A stretch of DNA of 64,000 bases from an uncultured Candidatus Saccharibacteria bacterium. GTDB taxonomy: Bacteria > Patescibacteriota > Minisyncoccia > Minisyncoccales > CAZVLR01. Both the position numbers and the translations under genes were made by a program. Numbering within the stretch: position 1 is the first letter of the stretch; each line of letters opens with the position of its first letter. The notes beneath the pieces were generated by a model. It was not told the DNA's origin. It made no database searches and saw nothing but the letters and a program-made list of their open reading frames with translations. The stretch covers positions 56,777 to 120,776 of the forward strand of contig CAZVLR010000001.1 in the NCBI GenBank assembly GCA_964628095.1, read 5' to 3'. Positions 25,716 to 35,610 of this stretch are shown here, piece by piece.

Positions 25716-26813
25716 AGATTCAATCACTGCCAACTCTAAGGGCAGCTGGATTATGGGCGAATAGCGCATTTTGTTTTCCGCCTCCAAGAATAAATTAATA
25801 ATGTTCTTTAATTGCGCCTCCTGGAAAGCTGCTGAATGGTTTTTTAACCTTAGCAACTCTTCTTTGGTAAAACCGGCGATAATCGAACCGGAAAGCTCCT
25901 GGCCCGCAATCTTTAAAATCAAAACCTGGCGCAGATAGTTTATCAAAGATTTGGCAAACTCCTGCACGTCCTGACCGCCGTTGGTAATTTCGTTTAACAA
26001 ATTAATCGCCTCGGGCGCCTTTTTTTGCGCCAGATAATCGCAAAAATCAGCCACGGCTTTTAACTCTACCAATCCCAGAATGTTTTTAATGTCATTGGCC
26101 TTAATTTCGCCCCCGTTTTCTTTTGAGCCGGCAAAAGTTAAAGCCTGGTCGAACAAGCTTTCAGCATCGCGCACCGAACCGCCCGAGCTAATGGCAATCA
26201 TTTCCAAAGCCTCTTTTTCGACTTTTACTTTCTCTTTTTTCGCAATGATATCTAACCGGTTAATAATTTCAGGCAAAGTTAATTTTCGGAAATCAAACCG
26301 CTGGCAGCGGGAAATAATCGTAGGAATCATTTTATGAACCTCGGTGGTAGCCAGAATAAATATGGCGTGAGAAGGCGGCTCTTCCAAGGTTTTTAAAAGC
26401 GCGTTGGAGGCCTCTTTGGTTAATTGGTGCGATTCGTCGATAATAAAAACTTTGTATTTAGACTTAGAAGGAGCAAACCTTATCCCCTCTTTTAATTCGC
26501 GAATTTCATCAATGCCCCGGTGGGAAGCCGCATCAATTTCAATTAAATCCAACGCTCGCCCCTCGCTGATTTCCAAACACGATTCGCATTTGTTGCAAGG
26601 CTCGAATTCTCCATCCTTGCGGTTCTGGCAATTTAAGGTTTTGGCCAACAATCTGGCGGTGGTAGTTTTACCACAACCCCTGGGACCGCCAAACAAATAA
26701 GCATGGGATATCATACCCATGGAAATAGCGTTGGTCAAGGTTTGCACCACGTGCTCCTGGCCGACCAACTCTGCAAAAGTCTGCGGCCTGTATTTGCGGT
26801 AAATTACCGGCAT
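25701..26813 (-). CDS. dnaX: DNA polymerase III subunit gamma/tau (short form)
   Basis: YRKYRPQTF, GPRGCGKTT, EIDAASHRG, IIDESH, SRCQRF. Confidence 0.95.
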   Translation of the reverse strand: MPVIYRKYRPQTFAELVGQEHVVQTLTNAISMGMISHAYLFGGPRGCGKTTTARLLAKTLNCQNRKDGEFEPCNKCESCLEISEGRALDLIEIDAASHRGIDEIRELKEGIRFAPSKSKYKVFIIDESHQLTKEASNALLKTLEEPPSHAIFILATTEVHKMIPTIISRCQRFDFRKLTLPEIINRLDIIAKKEKVKVEKEALEMIAISSGGSVRDAESLFDQALTFAGSKENGGEIKANDIKNILGLVELKAVADFCDYLAQKKAPEAINLLNEITNGGQDVQEFAKSLINYLRQVLILKIAGQELSGSIIAGFTKEELLRLKNHSAAFQEAQLKNIINLFLEAENKMRYSPIIQLPLELAVIESCGVV

Positions 26814-26816
26814 AAA

Positions 26817-27413
26817 TTACTTTTTAAAAACAATGAATTTGTAACCAATAAAGTTCCAGGTAAAAACTACTACGGTGGCGGCCAAGGCACCAATCGTACC
26901 CCAGAGTTTTTCGGTAATGCCAAATTTGGGCCCGATCATATTAACCACCACGCTGGCGATAACAACATTAATTACAAAGCCGACAATGGTAACCAAGAAA
27001 AATTGGCCAAATTCCTTGCCCATCCCCTTTTTCTCTGTTTGCTCAAAAGCCCAATACTTATCGACAAAATACTTAAAACAGGTAGCCACGATAAAAGAAA
27101 AACCTTTAAAAACCACGTAATAAAGCCCCTTATCGATTCCGTACTTTTCCATTAAAATGTTAAGCACGCCAATATCGGCGACAGTGGCTAAACCCCCAAC
27201 CAGCAAAAACTTGGCCAGTTGAAACACGAACAAAAACTTCTTTCCGATCAAATAGGCAATAAAAAGGCCAAAGAGCGCCAAAAGAGGCAATAAAATTGCC
27301 AAAGCGGGCAGTAAAGGGGCTATTTTAACCCCGGCGTTTACCAGGATAAAATAAAAGAACAAGGCGACCGCCTCGCCAATGCCCAAACTGAAAATAATGT
27401 CTATTTTTTTCAT
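26817..27413 (-). CDS. GtrA-family flippase-like membrane protein
   Basis: KFLLVGGLATVAD, WAF, WNFIGYKFIVFKK. Confidence 0.85.
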   Translation of the reverse strand: MKKIDIIFSLGIGEAVALFFYFILVNAGVKIAPLLPALAILLPLLALFGLFIAYLIGKKFLFVFQLAKFLLVGGLATVADIGVLNILMEKYGIDKGLYYVVFKGFSFIVATCFKYFVDKYWAFEQTEKKGMGKEFGQFFLVTIVGFVINVVIASVVVNMIGPKFGITEKLWGTIGALAATVVVFTWNFIGYKFIVFKK

Positions 27414-27522
27414 AAGATATTATTCAACTTATTAATTTATTAATTATTCTATTTTAACCTTTAAAAAACCTTAAATCAAGGTTGAGGTTTTATTAAAAAA
27501 AGATTAGAATAAAATAACTGTT

Positions 27523-28917
27523 ATGTTAAATTTATACAACACCATATCTGGTAAAAAAGAAGCTTTCAAGCCAAGATCGGGAAAGAAAGTAAACCTCTTT
27601 GTCTGCGGACCCACGGTTTACGATTATTCCCACATCGGCCACGCCCGAACCTATATCTTTTTTGATCTTTTTACCAAATACTTAAAAACCCTGGGCTATG
27701 GCGTTTTCTATTTGCAAAACATCACCGACATTGACGATAAGATAATAAAAAGAGCTCAGGAAGAAAATATGCCCTGGCAAGAGCTTTCAAAACGCTTTGA
27801 AAAAGAATATTTTAACAATATGAAAACTTTGGGCGTAAACAGCGTTAAAAAATACGCCCGGGCTACCGACCATGTAAAAGAAATAATCGGCCAGGTAAAA
27901 CGACTGCTGAATAAAAAATACGCCTACCAAATTGAAGACGGAATTTATTATAACGTTAAGAAATTCAAGAATTACGGAAAGCTGTCAGGGCGTACCGCCC
28001 AGCAGGCCGAAGACGCGGTTTCGAGGATCGACGAATCAAAAGAAAAGATAAACAAGGGGGATTTCTGCCTTTGGAAGGTTTCTAAAAATAACGAACCTGG
28101 CTGGCCCAGCCCCTGGCAAAAGGGGCGCCCGGGCTGGCACATTGAGGATACGGCCATTACAGAAAAATATTTTGGCCCCCAATACGACATTCACGGAGGC
28201 GGAGGCGATTTAATATTCCCCCACCACGAAGCCGAAATCGCCCAGATGGAAGCAATTTCTAAAAAGAAGCCCCTGGTAAAATACTGGCTGCATACAGGCT
28301 TTTTAACAGTTCAGGGCAAAAAGATGTCAAAATCATTGGGTAATTTTATAACCATCAACGATTTCTTAAAAAACAATTCGGCCCGCACCATCAGACTGTT
28401 TTTCTTAAAAAACCATTACCGCTCCCCCATTGATTACAATGAAAACGATTTAGGAGAAGTAAAAAGCCAACTGGAACGGATCGATGAATTTACGGATAAA
28501 ATAAAAAAGGTAAAAGAAAAGAAAACAAATAATAAAGAATTTAAGGTTTTCTTAATTAAAATTGAAAAGGAATTTAATGAAGCGATGGCTGACGATATAA
28601 ACACCCCAAAAGCGATCGCTTCCATTTTCAAATTAATCAACCAAGGAAATGCACTAATTTCTCAAAATAAAATTTCTAACGCAGAAGCTAAAAAAATAAC
28701 CGAATTTTTAAAAAGGGCTGACCTGTTCTTAAACTTCGTTTTTAACAAAGAAGCAAAAGAAAAAATCCCAGCAAAAGTTCTGGAATTAATAAAAGAAAGG
28801 GCTGCTTTTAGAAGAGAAAAGAACTGGCAAAAATCTGACGAGATCAGGGATGAAATTAAAAAATTAGGCTACTGGGTAGAAGACACCAAAGAAGGAATAA
28901 AGATAAAAAAGCTTTAA
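27523..28917 (+). CDS. cysS: Cysteine--tRNA ligase
   Basis: CGPTVYDYSHIGH, DLIFPHHE, KMSKSLGN. Confidence 0.96.
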   Translation: MLNLYNTISGKKEAFKPRSGKKVNLFVCGPTVYDYSHIGHARTYIFFDLFTKYLKTLGYGVFYLQNITDIDDKIIKRAQEENMPWQELSKRFEKEYFNNMKTLGVNSVKKYARATDHVKEIIGQVKRLLNKKYAYQIEDGIYYNVKKFKNYGKLSGRTAQQAEDAVSRIDESKEKINKGDFCLWKVSKNNEPGWPSPWQKGRPGWHIEDTAITEKYFGPQYDIHGGGGDLIFPHHEAEIAQMEAISKKKPLVKYWLHTGFLTVQGKKMSKSLGNFITINDFLKNNSARTIRLFFLKNHYRSPIDYNENDLGEVKSQLERIDEFTDKIKKVKEKKTNNKEFKVFLIKIEKEFNEAMADDINTPKAIASIFKLINQGNALISQNKISNAEAKKITEFLKRADLFLNFVFNKEAKEKIPAKVLELIKERAAFRREKNWQKSDEIRDEIKKLGYWVEDTKEGIKIKKL

Positions 28918-29942
28918 TTGCTCTTTTGGGTAGTATTTCCTTTTATTAAAAGGTTGCCAATGGTATTAATATAGCTAGGCAAATCTTCGAGCTGCTTGGC
29001 TAAATTCCGCTCGCTGTTGCAGCGAATGCTTACGTAGCACCCGCCGCATTTGTTTTGGGGCACGAATTTTTCCTGAAGTTCGGGCAAAGTATCGTATCTT
29101 TCGCGCACCATCGAGCAAGGCACAAAAGCGCCGTCGGGCATTACCACCACAAACCTGGTGCCGGCCTGGCAACCGGGCATAAAGCCGGTTTCAAAAAACT
29201 GCAGAATTTCCCTTAACACGCCTTCGGACGTAACAATATTCCTGGCTTCTTTTTTAAGCTCAATCAATTCTTCAATCTTCTCTTTTAACTCAGGTATATC
29301 TTCCTTTTTAAAGGACAAATCGTAGTTTCCCGTTCGCAAGGGCGTATAGGCGCTGTAAGATATCATTACTCCCCATTCTTGGGCTTTTTTGGCAATGGGA
29401 ATAATCTCTTTGTAATTGGCCTTGGTAATAGCCGTATTCATAATAATATCCGAGAATCCGTACTTTGCGAGCTGGGGCATTAAGTTTTCAAGATGCGAAA
29501 ACAGGCCCGGATAATTCCTGAAATCATCGTGGCGCTTATCGGGAAAATCCAAAGAAAAAGAAAACTGGTTCACCCCGGCCTTTTTCAATTCCAAGTATTT
29601 TTTCTCGTTTAATAAAGCGGCGTTGCTTACCAAAATTGCATAAGGCAGCCTTTCAAACTGCTTTACCGCCTTTATTATTTCAACAATGTCTTTTCTCAAC
29701 AAAGGTTCGCCCCCTGAAATCTGGACAAAAAGCGGCTTTAAGTCGCGCACCACTTTGGCATAATCCTCCGGCTTCATTGATTTTTCTTCTTTTTTGGGCC
29801 CGCCCAAATCGCAGTGCTGACAATTACAAACACAAGACAGGGTAACTTCAAAAGAAACCACCAATAAGTCTTTATTAATAATTTTATAGATTCCCTTGCT
29901 GCCCAGTTTTAAGGCATCCAGCAGGGAAAAAATATTGATCAT
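28914..29942 (-). CDS. Radical SAM protein with SPASM/twitch-like C-terminus
   Basis: CVCNCQHC, SGGEPLLR, CQAG...PCS...CGGC..C. Confidence 0.85.
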   Translation of the reverse strand: MINIFSLLDALKLGSKGIYKIINKDLLVVSFEVTLSCVCNCQHCDLGGPKKEEKSMKPEDYAKVVRDLKPLFVQISGGEPLLRKDIVEIIKAVKQFERLPYAILVSNAALLNEKKYLELKKAGVNQFSFSLDFPDKRHDDFRNYPGLFSHLENLMPQLAKYGFSDIIMNTAITKANYKEIIPIAKKAQEWGVMISYSAYTPLRTGNYDLSFKKEDIPELKEKIEELIELKKEARNIVTSEGVLREILQFFETGFMPGCQAGTRFVVVMPDGAFVPCSMVRERYDTLPELQEKFVPQNKCGGCYVSIRCNSERNLAKQLEDLPSYINTIGNLLIKGNTTQKSN

Positions 29943-29948
29943 AAAAAA

Positions 29949-31082
29949 TTAAATGTTTAGAAGTTTTTTGTAATTTTTGCCCACCTGCTCCCAGGTCCAC
30001 ATTTTTTCAACCAATTGTCTCCCTTCTCTGGCCATATCTTTCCTGGCTTTTTCATTATTAAACAAATATGAGATTTTTTCAACCATGCCTTTGTTGTCTT
30101 TTGCCAAAAACCCAACCGGACGATCCTGAAAGATAAAACGGTGGGCGTAAATATCGCTAACAATAGGAACGCAGCCCTTGGCCATGGCTTCGACCAAAGG
30201 TATGCCAAAACCCTCCAATTGCGAAGCGGAAACGTAAAAAGCGGCGCGGTTTAAAACTTTAATCTTTTCTATCTCGCCCAAATAACCGTGAAAAACAACG
30301 CTGCCCTCCAAATTAAGCCTTTTAACCTTGTTTTTAATAAATTCTTCCTTTGGGCCGCTGCCTACCAAATGCAAAAGAACATCGGGAAAGCTTTTCCTCA
30401 ATTCAGCCGCCACCTCAATTAAATCCTCCACCCCCTTTAATTCGGCAATCCGGCCCAAGTAAACCATCTCTTTTAAATTCTTCTCTTCCTGGAAGTTATA
30501 AAAAGACAGATCTACCCCATTGGCCACCACCACGGTTTTTGACTTGGAAAAACCCTTCTTTTCTAAAATCTCAACCACTAAAGGGTTGACCGTGCCAATA
30601 GCATCGAGTTTCAATAAAAAAGGCAGGGCAAAACCCTCCCATAACTTTATTAATCTGGTAGAAAGATTCTGTTTTTTAATTCCAAACAGGCCCGAGTACA
30701 AATGATGGATAATGCCGATTTTTTTAGCTTTAATGGGAAAAAACCGCACCAAAAAAGCGGCGAACAGATTGTTTCCGATCAGAACATCGGGCTTTTCTTT
30801 TTTAATGTATTGCCAAGCTTGCCCAAAGAAAGACCAGCTGCCAAACTGAGCGTTCTTTAGCCACTGGGAACGGCCCAAAGAAACAATTTTTACCCCCTGA
30901 TAGTCAATTTTATTCTCCCCTTTTGCTTTTTGCTGGTTTAAGCATAAAATCGTTACCTGATAGTCGTTTACCAAATGAACCGAAGCCGAAACCGCGTGCA
31001 TTAAGCCGCCCTCCATAAAAACAAGCTTGCCCTCTTTCATTAAAGGGCCGCCGGTTAAATGAATAATAATTATTTTTTTCAT
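29949..31082 (-). CDS. GT4-family glycosyltransferase
   Basis: NGVD, GRIAELKG, EGFGIPLVEAMAKG. Confidence 0.9.
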   Translation of the reverse strand: MKKIIIIHLTGGPLMKEGKLVFMEGGLMHAVSASVHLVNDYQVTILCLNQQKAKGENKIDYQGVKIVSLGRSQWLKNAQFGSWSFFGQAWQYIKKEKPDVLIGNNLFAAFLVRFFPIKAKKIGIIHHLYSGLFGIKKQNLSTRLIKLWEGFALPFLLKLDAIGTVNPLVVEILEKKGFSKSKTVVVANGVDLSFYNFQEEKNLKEMVYLGRIAELKGVEDLIEVAAELRKSFPDVLLHLVGSGPKEEFIKNKVKRLNLEGSVVFHGYLGEIEKIKVLNRAAFYVSASQLEGFGIPLVEAMAKGCVPIVSDIYAHRFIFQDRPVGFLAKDNKGMVEKISYLFNNEKARKDMAREGRQLVEKMWTWEQVGKNYKKLLNI

Positions 31083-31190
31083 TAAAATATCTAATTTAAT
31101 TATTTGTTAATTATAGCAGTCATTTTTCCCAATCGCAATTTAACGCATACTTGCCAGCTCTCTTGCGTTATGATAAATCTAAAATAGATT

Positions 31191-32552
31191 ATGCCAGAAC
31201 AACTTCCCGACAAAATACCGCCTCAGGCTTTAGAAGCTGAAAAATGCCTTCTGGGCTGTTTGCTAATAGATAAAAACGCCATTATTAAAGTGGTGGATTA
31301 TTTGAAGCCCCGAGATTTTTACAAAGATAAAAACCAGGAGATTTATAAAACTGCTATCGAGCTTTTTGAAAAAGGCGAACCGATCGATATTCTTTCCCTG
31401 TCTAACCGATTGCGCGAAAAAGGAACTTTAGATGAAATCGGCGGCCGGGGCTATCTGACTGAAATAATAAACACTGTGCCGACAGCCAGCCACGTTGCCA
31501 ACTATGCCAAGATTGTCCAAAAGAAAAGAATTCTAAGAGATTTAATCGACGCCAGCCAGGATATTGGCTTGGCCGCCTTTAACGAAGCCGAAGACGTTGA
31601 TATTGTTTTAGACCGGGCGGAAAAAAAGATTTTCAGCATCGCCCAAAAAGGCCTAAGCCAGGTTTTCACGCCTGTAAAAGACAGCTTGGCCGACGCTTTT
31701 GAAAGAATCGACCGGCTTTCCAAGCACCAAGGCGGCATGAGAGGCTTGCCTACCGGCTTTTCCGCTATCGACAACATGCTGGCCGGCCTTCAAAAGTCAG
31801 ACCTGGTAATTTTAGCGGCCCGCCCTTCTATGGGTAAAAGCGCCCTGGCCATGAACATTGCTTCTTATGTCGCTATGAATGAAAAAATCCCGGTTGGTAT
31901 TTTTTCTTTGGAAATGTCAAAAGACCAGGTTGTAGACCGCTTAATTTCCACCGTGGCTAATGTTGATTTGTGGCGATTAAGAACCGGCCGGTTATCAAGC
32001 GAGGGCGATGAAAACGATTTTACCAGAATTCAAAGAGCAATTGGCGTTTTGGCTGAAGCGCCCATTTACATTGACGATGCTGCCACTTCCAATATCTTAC
32101 AAATGAGGGCCATGGCCAGAAGGCTACAGGCTGATAAGGGCCTAGGCTTAATCATAGTTGATTATTTGCAGTTAATTGAGCCGCGAATAGAAACCGATAA
32201 CGTGGTTAGGCAGATTACCGAAATTTCCCGCTCTTTAAAGGCGCTGGCCCGGGAATTGAATATTCCGGTTTTAGCGCTCTCCCAGCTTTCAAGAGCAGTT
32301 GAACAAAGAACTCCGCAGATCCCACGCTTAGCAGACCTCAGGGAAAGCGGAAGCTTGGAACAGGATGCCGACGTAGTGTTTTTCATTTATCGGGAAGACC
32401 GCTACCGCCCCGAAACTTCGAGAAAAAACATTGCCGATATAATTGTCGCCAAGCATAGAAACGGCCCGGTAGGAAAAGTAGAGCTTTTCTTTGACGAACG
32501 CATGGTTAGCTTTAAAAACCTTGATAAATCCTACGAAGGATACGAAATGTAA
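31191..32552 (+). CDS. dnaB: Replicative DNA helicase
   Basis: PPQALEAE, AARPSMGKS, IVDYLQL, LSQLSR, DLRESGSLEQDAD. Confidence 0.97.
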   Translation: MPEQLPDKIPPQALEAEKCLLGCLLIDKNAIIKVVDYLKPRDFYKDKNQEIYKTAIELFEKGEPIDILSLSNRLREKGTLDEIGGRGYLTEIINTVPTASHVANYAKIVQKKRILRDLIDASQDIGLAAFNEAEDVDIVLDRAEKKIFSIAQKGLSQVFTPVKDSLADAFERIDRLSKHQGGMRGLPTGFSAIDNMLAGLQKSDLVILAARPSMGKSALAMNIASYVAMNEKIPVGIFSLEMSKDQVVDRLISTVANVDLWRLRTGRLSSEGDENDFTRIQRAIGVLAEAPIYIDDAATSNILQMRAMARRLQADKGLGLIIVDYLQLIEPRIETDNVVRQITEISRSLKALARELNIPVLALSQLSRAVEQRTPQIPRLADLRESGSLEQDADVVFFIYREDRYRPETSRKNIADIIVAKHRNGPVGKVELFFDERMVSFKNLDKSYEGYEM

Positions 32553-32567
32553 CAACCTTTAATTACA

Positions 32568-33164
32568 GTGTATTCTCCCAAGATCCAAAAACTCATAAAC
32601 TTGTTTTCTAAATTCCCCACTGTCGGTCCGAGAACTGCGGCCCGCTTTGTTTTTTATCTGGCCCAAAAGCCAAAAGAGGAAATCGACAATCTAATCGAAG
32701 CGATTTTGGACGTTAAAAACAATATTAAAACCTGCCCGAGCTGCTTTAAAACGTTTGATTCAAACACCGAGGTTTGCGAAATTTGCCAAAACCCGGGGCG
32801 CAATAAAAAGCTTTTATGCGTAGTGGAAAAAGAGGTTGATTTGGAAACCATTGAAAAAACCAAAAAATACCAGGGCCTGTATTTTATTTTCGGCCCCCTG
32901 GCCTCCCCTTTGAAAAAAAACAGCGAAGATAATTTAAGAATAAACGTGCTGGAAGAAAAAATGAAAAATAATCCTGAGGTCCAGGAAATTATTATTGCTA
33001 TTAACCCAACGGCCGAAGGCGAAGCCACCACCCTGCTCCTAGAACGAAAACTTAAGCCCCATACAAAAAAGATTACGCGCTTGGGCCGAGGCCTGCCCAT
33101 TGGCGGCGAATTGGAATATGCCGACCAAGAAACCCTGGCCTCGGCTTTGGAAAATAGGAAATAA
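32568..33164 (+). CDS. recR: Recombination mediator RecR
   Basis: FPTVGPRTAAR, C4 zinc finger, Toprim EIIIAINPTAEGEAT, GRGLPIGGELEYAD. Confidence 0.95.
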   Translation: MYSPKIQKLINLFSKFPTVGPRTAARFVFYLAQKPKEEIDNLIEAILDVKNNIKTCPSCFKTFDSNTEVCEICQNPGRNKKLLCVVEKEVDLETIEKTKKYQGLYFIFGPLASPLKKNSEDNLRINVLEEKMKNNPEVQEIIIAINPTAEGEATTLLLERKLKPHTKKITRLGRGLPIGGELEYADQETLASALENRK

Positions 33165-33182
33165 TTTTAAATAAAAAGTAAG

Positions 33183-33209
33183 AAAAAATCCGGCTTTCGC
33201 CGGGTTTTT
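33183..33209. terminator. Bidirectional terminator between recR and rplU
   Basis: AAAAAATCCGGC-tttc-GCCGGGTTTTT. Confidence 0.75.
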
Positions 33210-33212
33210 CTT

Positions 33213-33524
33213 TTACACTTCAATGCTCTTTATTTCCACCTCGGTAAAGCTCTGGCGGTGCCCCCGTTTCTTTTTATAGCGGGTTTTAGGATGGTATTTA
33301 AAAACAATCACCTTATCCCCTTTTCCTTGGGACAAAACCTTTCCCAGAACTTTGGCGCCAGAAACTCTTGGGTTGCCAATCTCTAACTTCTTGGATTTTT
33401 CCACCAATAAAACATCTTCGAAAACGACTTCCTCGCCTTCTTTTTTATCCAACTTCTCTATTTTTATTTTTTGCCCGGGAGCAACCAAATACTGTTTGCC
33501 GCCGGTTTTAATTACAGCTAACAT
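33213..33524 (-). CDS. rplU: 50S ribosomal protein L21
   Basis: AVIKTGGKQY...GHRQ. Confidence 0.97.
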   Translation of the reverse strand: MLAVIKTGGKQYLVAPGQKIKIEKLDKKEGEEVVFEDVLLVEKSKKLEIGNPRVSGAKVLGKVLSQGKGDKVIVFKYHPKTRYKKKRGHRQSFTEVEIKSIEV

Positions 33525-33545
33525 ATTTTTATTTATATTTTTAAT

Positions 33546-34598
33546 TTATTTATTTTCCACTTCTTCTTGAAGCGGCTTTTCCAATTGCCGAACCGCTATT
33601 TTCGACTCTGTGCCGGTAATTTTAACCACGTCTTTATCGATTTTGCCAAACTCTTTGTAAGCGTGGTTGTAAGCCGATACCGAAGCCGTTAAATTGTTGC
33701 CCAGCTTTTTTAAATATTCGTTGTAACTCAATAAATGTTTTGAAAGTATTTCCACCCGCTTTCTTATTTCTTTAGCCGACTGCTCAATTTGCATCGCCCT
33801 TAAGCCCTGAATAATGGTTTGCAAATAGGCATAAAAAGAGGTGGGAGACACAATATGCACTTTCTTTTCCCGCACCGCGTATTCGATCAAATCCCGGGTG
33901 TTGCTTTTTAGGGCGCCGATTTTATTAACCAACAAATCGTAGTAAATCGCTTCGGCCGGAATAAACATTAAGGCAAAATCCAAGGTGTCTTCGTTGGGCC
34001 TGATGTATTTGGCGGTTTCATCGATCCGGTTCTTCAGATCCTGCTTAAAGGCTTTTTCCAGCTCTTCTCTTTTGCTCGGATCTTTTTCTTCAACAATCCG
34101 GTTGTAATTCTCCAAGGAAAATTTGGAATCCACCGGAATCATTTTGTCTTTAGCCACAAAAATCACCGCATCGACAATATCCCCATTTTTAAAGCTGTAC
34201 TGCAGCTGGTATTGATTGGGAGCAAAAACGTTGCTTAATAGCTCCTCTAAAAAATATTCGCCCAATATTCCCCGCTGCTTGGGATTCTTTAAAATATCCT
34301 CTAAAGACTGAATCTGTTTTTGGTAGTCAATCACCTGCCGGTTCGTTTCTTCCAGCTTGGTTAACTGCTTTGTCATATCGCTGATAATCCTGGTATATTC
34401 GCCCGACTGCGTTTGAAAAGACCTGCTTGATTCGCTTAACTTGGTATCTAATACCCGGTTCATTTCCTGCAACTGCTGCTGGAGCATTAGCAAGGAATCG
34501 TTCGGCTTTAGCTCTTTCTTTCTTAAAATAAAAAAGGCTATCCCCGCCCCCAGTGCTACTGCCACTAATAATAATATAATAAAAAGTGGCTCAATCAT
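33546..34598 (-). CDS. rmuC: DNA recombination protein RmuC
   Basis: N-terminal TM, coiled coil, KQRGILGE, PVDSKF, MFIPAE, SPTS. Confidence 0.92.
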   Translation of the reverse strand: MIEPLFIILLLVAVALGAGIAFFILRKKELKPNDSLLMLQQQLQEMNRVLDTKLSESSRSFQTQSGEYTRIISDMTKQLTKLEETNRQVIDYQKQIQSLEDILKNPKQRGILGEYFLEELLSNVFAPNQYQLQYSFKNGDIVDAVIFVAKDKMIPVDSKFSLENYNRIVEEKDPSKREELEKAFKQDLKNRIDETAKYIRPNEDTLDFALMFIPAEAIYYDLLVNKIGALKSNTRDLIEYAVREKKVHIVSPTSFYAYLQTIIQGLRAMQIEQSAKEIRKRVEILSKHLLSYNEYLKKLGNNLTASVSAYNHAYKEFGKIDKDVVKITGTESKIAVRQLEKPLQEEVENK

Positions 34599-34653
34599 TG
34601 AACCATCTTAACATCTTTTAACTTAATCGTCAATAAAATAATTTAGCCCTTTT

Positions 34654-35610
34654 TTAAGTTAAAATCTCAGTAACTAAAAATAATATGTAAAGCAAGAGCA
34701 AAAATATGCCCTCTTTTTTACTGATCTTGTTGTCGGTTTTTAAGCAGAAAATAAAGAGCAGGGCGGAAATCACCATAAACAGCCGGGCAATGGCAAAGGG
34801 CGAAAAATCAACAATAGTAATCGGGCAGATCAAAGCCACAATGCCCAGCACCAAAGTGGCGGTAATTACCACCCCGCCCATTAAATCGCCCAAAACCATC
34901 CAATCCTGGCCCCTACGAGCTGCCTGGATAGAAAAAAATGCTTCGGGCAAGCAATTACCCAAACCCACCACAAAAAGCCCGATCAAACTTATGGGCAGGT
35001 TTAACAGCTTGGAAAAATAAGAGGCGGAAACCACCACCCCCTCAGAACCCACTAAAAGCAGGATAACGCTTAATAATAAAAAGAATAAATTTTTAGCGAT
35101 GTATTTGGGCTTTGTTTTTTTTGTTTCGTGTTCGTAAATCTTAGAGAACCTTTCGTTTTTAGAAAAAAGCCAGAAGATGTAAATAATAAAGCTTAAAATC
35201 AACACTAAGCCGTCGGGCCTTGAAAGCTTTTGATCAATAATCAAAAACAGGGGCAAAACCGCAATAATAATGGTAAAAATTGACGTACCCTGAACCGTCC
35301 GACTTTCCGAAGACAAGCCGCCCCGCGACAATAAAGCTGCCAAGCCGATTATCAAAGTTAAATCCACAATATTGCCTCCGATCACATCGCCAAAGGAAAG
35401 CTGTGGCACTTTATTAAAAGCCGAAACCAAGCCCACAAAGAAATTTGGAGCTGAGGCGGCAAAAGCCATAATAAAAAAGCCCACCACGAATTCCCGAACT
35501 TTCAAAAAGAACGACACCTTAGAAAGATTGCTCACCAGCCACTTGCTCGAAAAAGAAAGCAGTACAAAAGAAGCAACAAACAATAAAATATGAATTATTA
35601 AAAACAACAT
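34654..35610 (-). CDS. Ca2+/Na+ antiporter (YrbG-like)
   Basis: Two alpha repeats (AASAPNFFVG...GDVIGGN; GNCLPEAF...GDLMGG). Confidence 0.85.
   Translation of the reverse strand: MLFLIIHILLFVASFVLLSFSSKWLVSNLSKVSFFLKVREFVVGFFIMAFAASAPNFFVGLVSAFNKVPQLSFGDVIGGNIVDLTLIIGLAALLSRGGLSSESRTVQGTSIFTIIIAVLPLFLIIDQKLSRPDGLVLILSFIIYIFWLFSKNERFSKIYEHETKKTKPKYIAKNLFFLLLSVILLLVGSEGVVVSASYFSKLLNLPISLIGLFVVGLGNCLPEAFFSIQAARRGQDWMVLGDLMGGVVITATLVLGIVALICPITIVDFSPFAIARLFMVISALLFIFCLKTDNKISKKEGIFLLLLYILFLVTEILT

Noticed and set aside
31141-31170. TAACGCA-N16-TGCGTTA inverted repeat upstream of dnaB as an operator
   Set aside because: A single 7-bp inverted repeat with no second instance noticed; could be chance.
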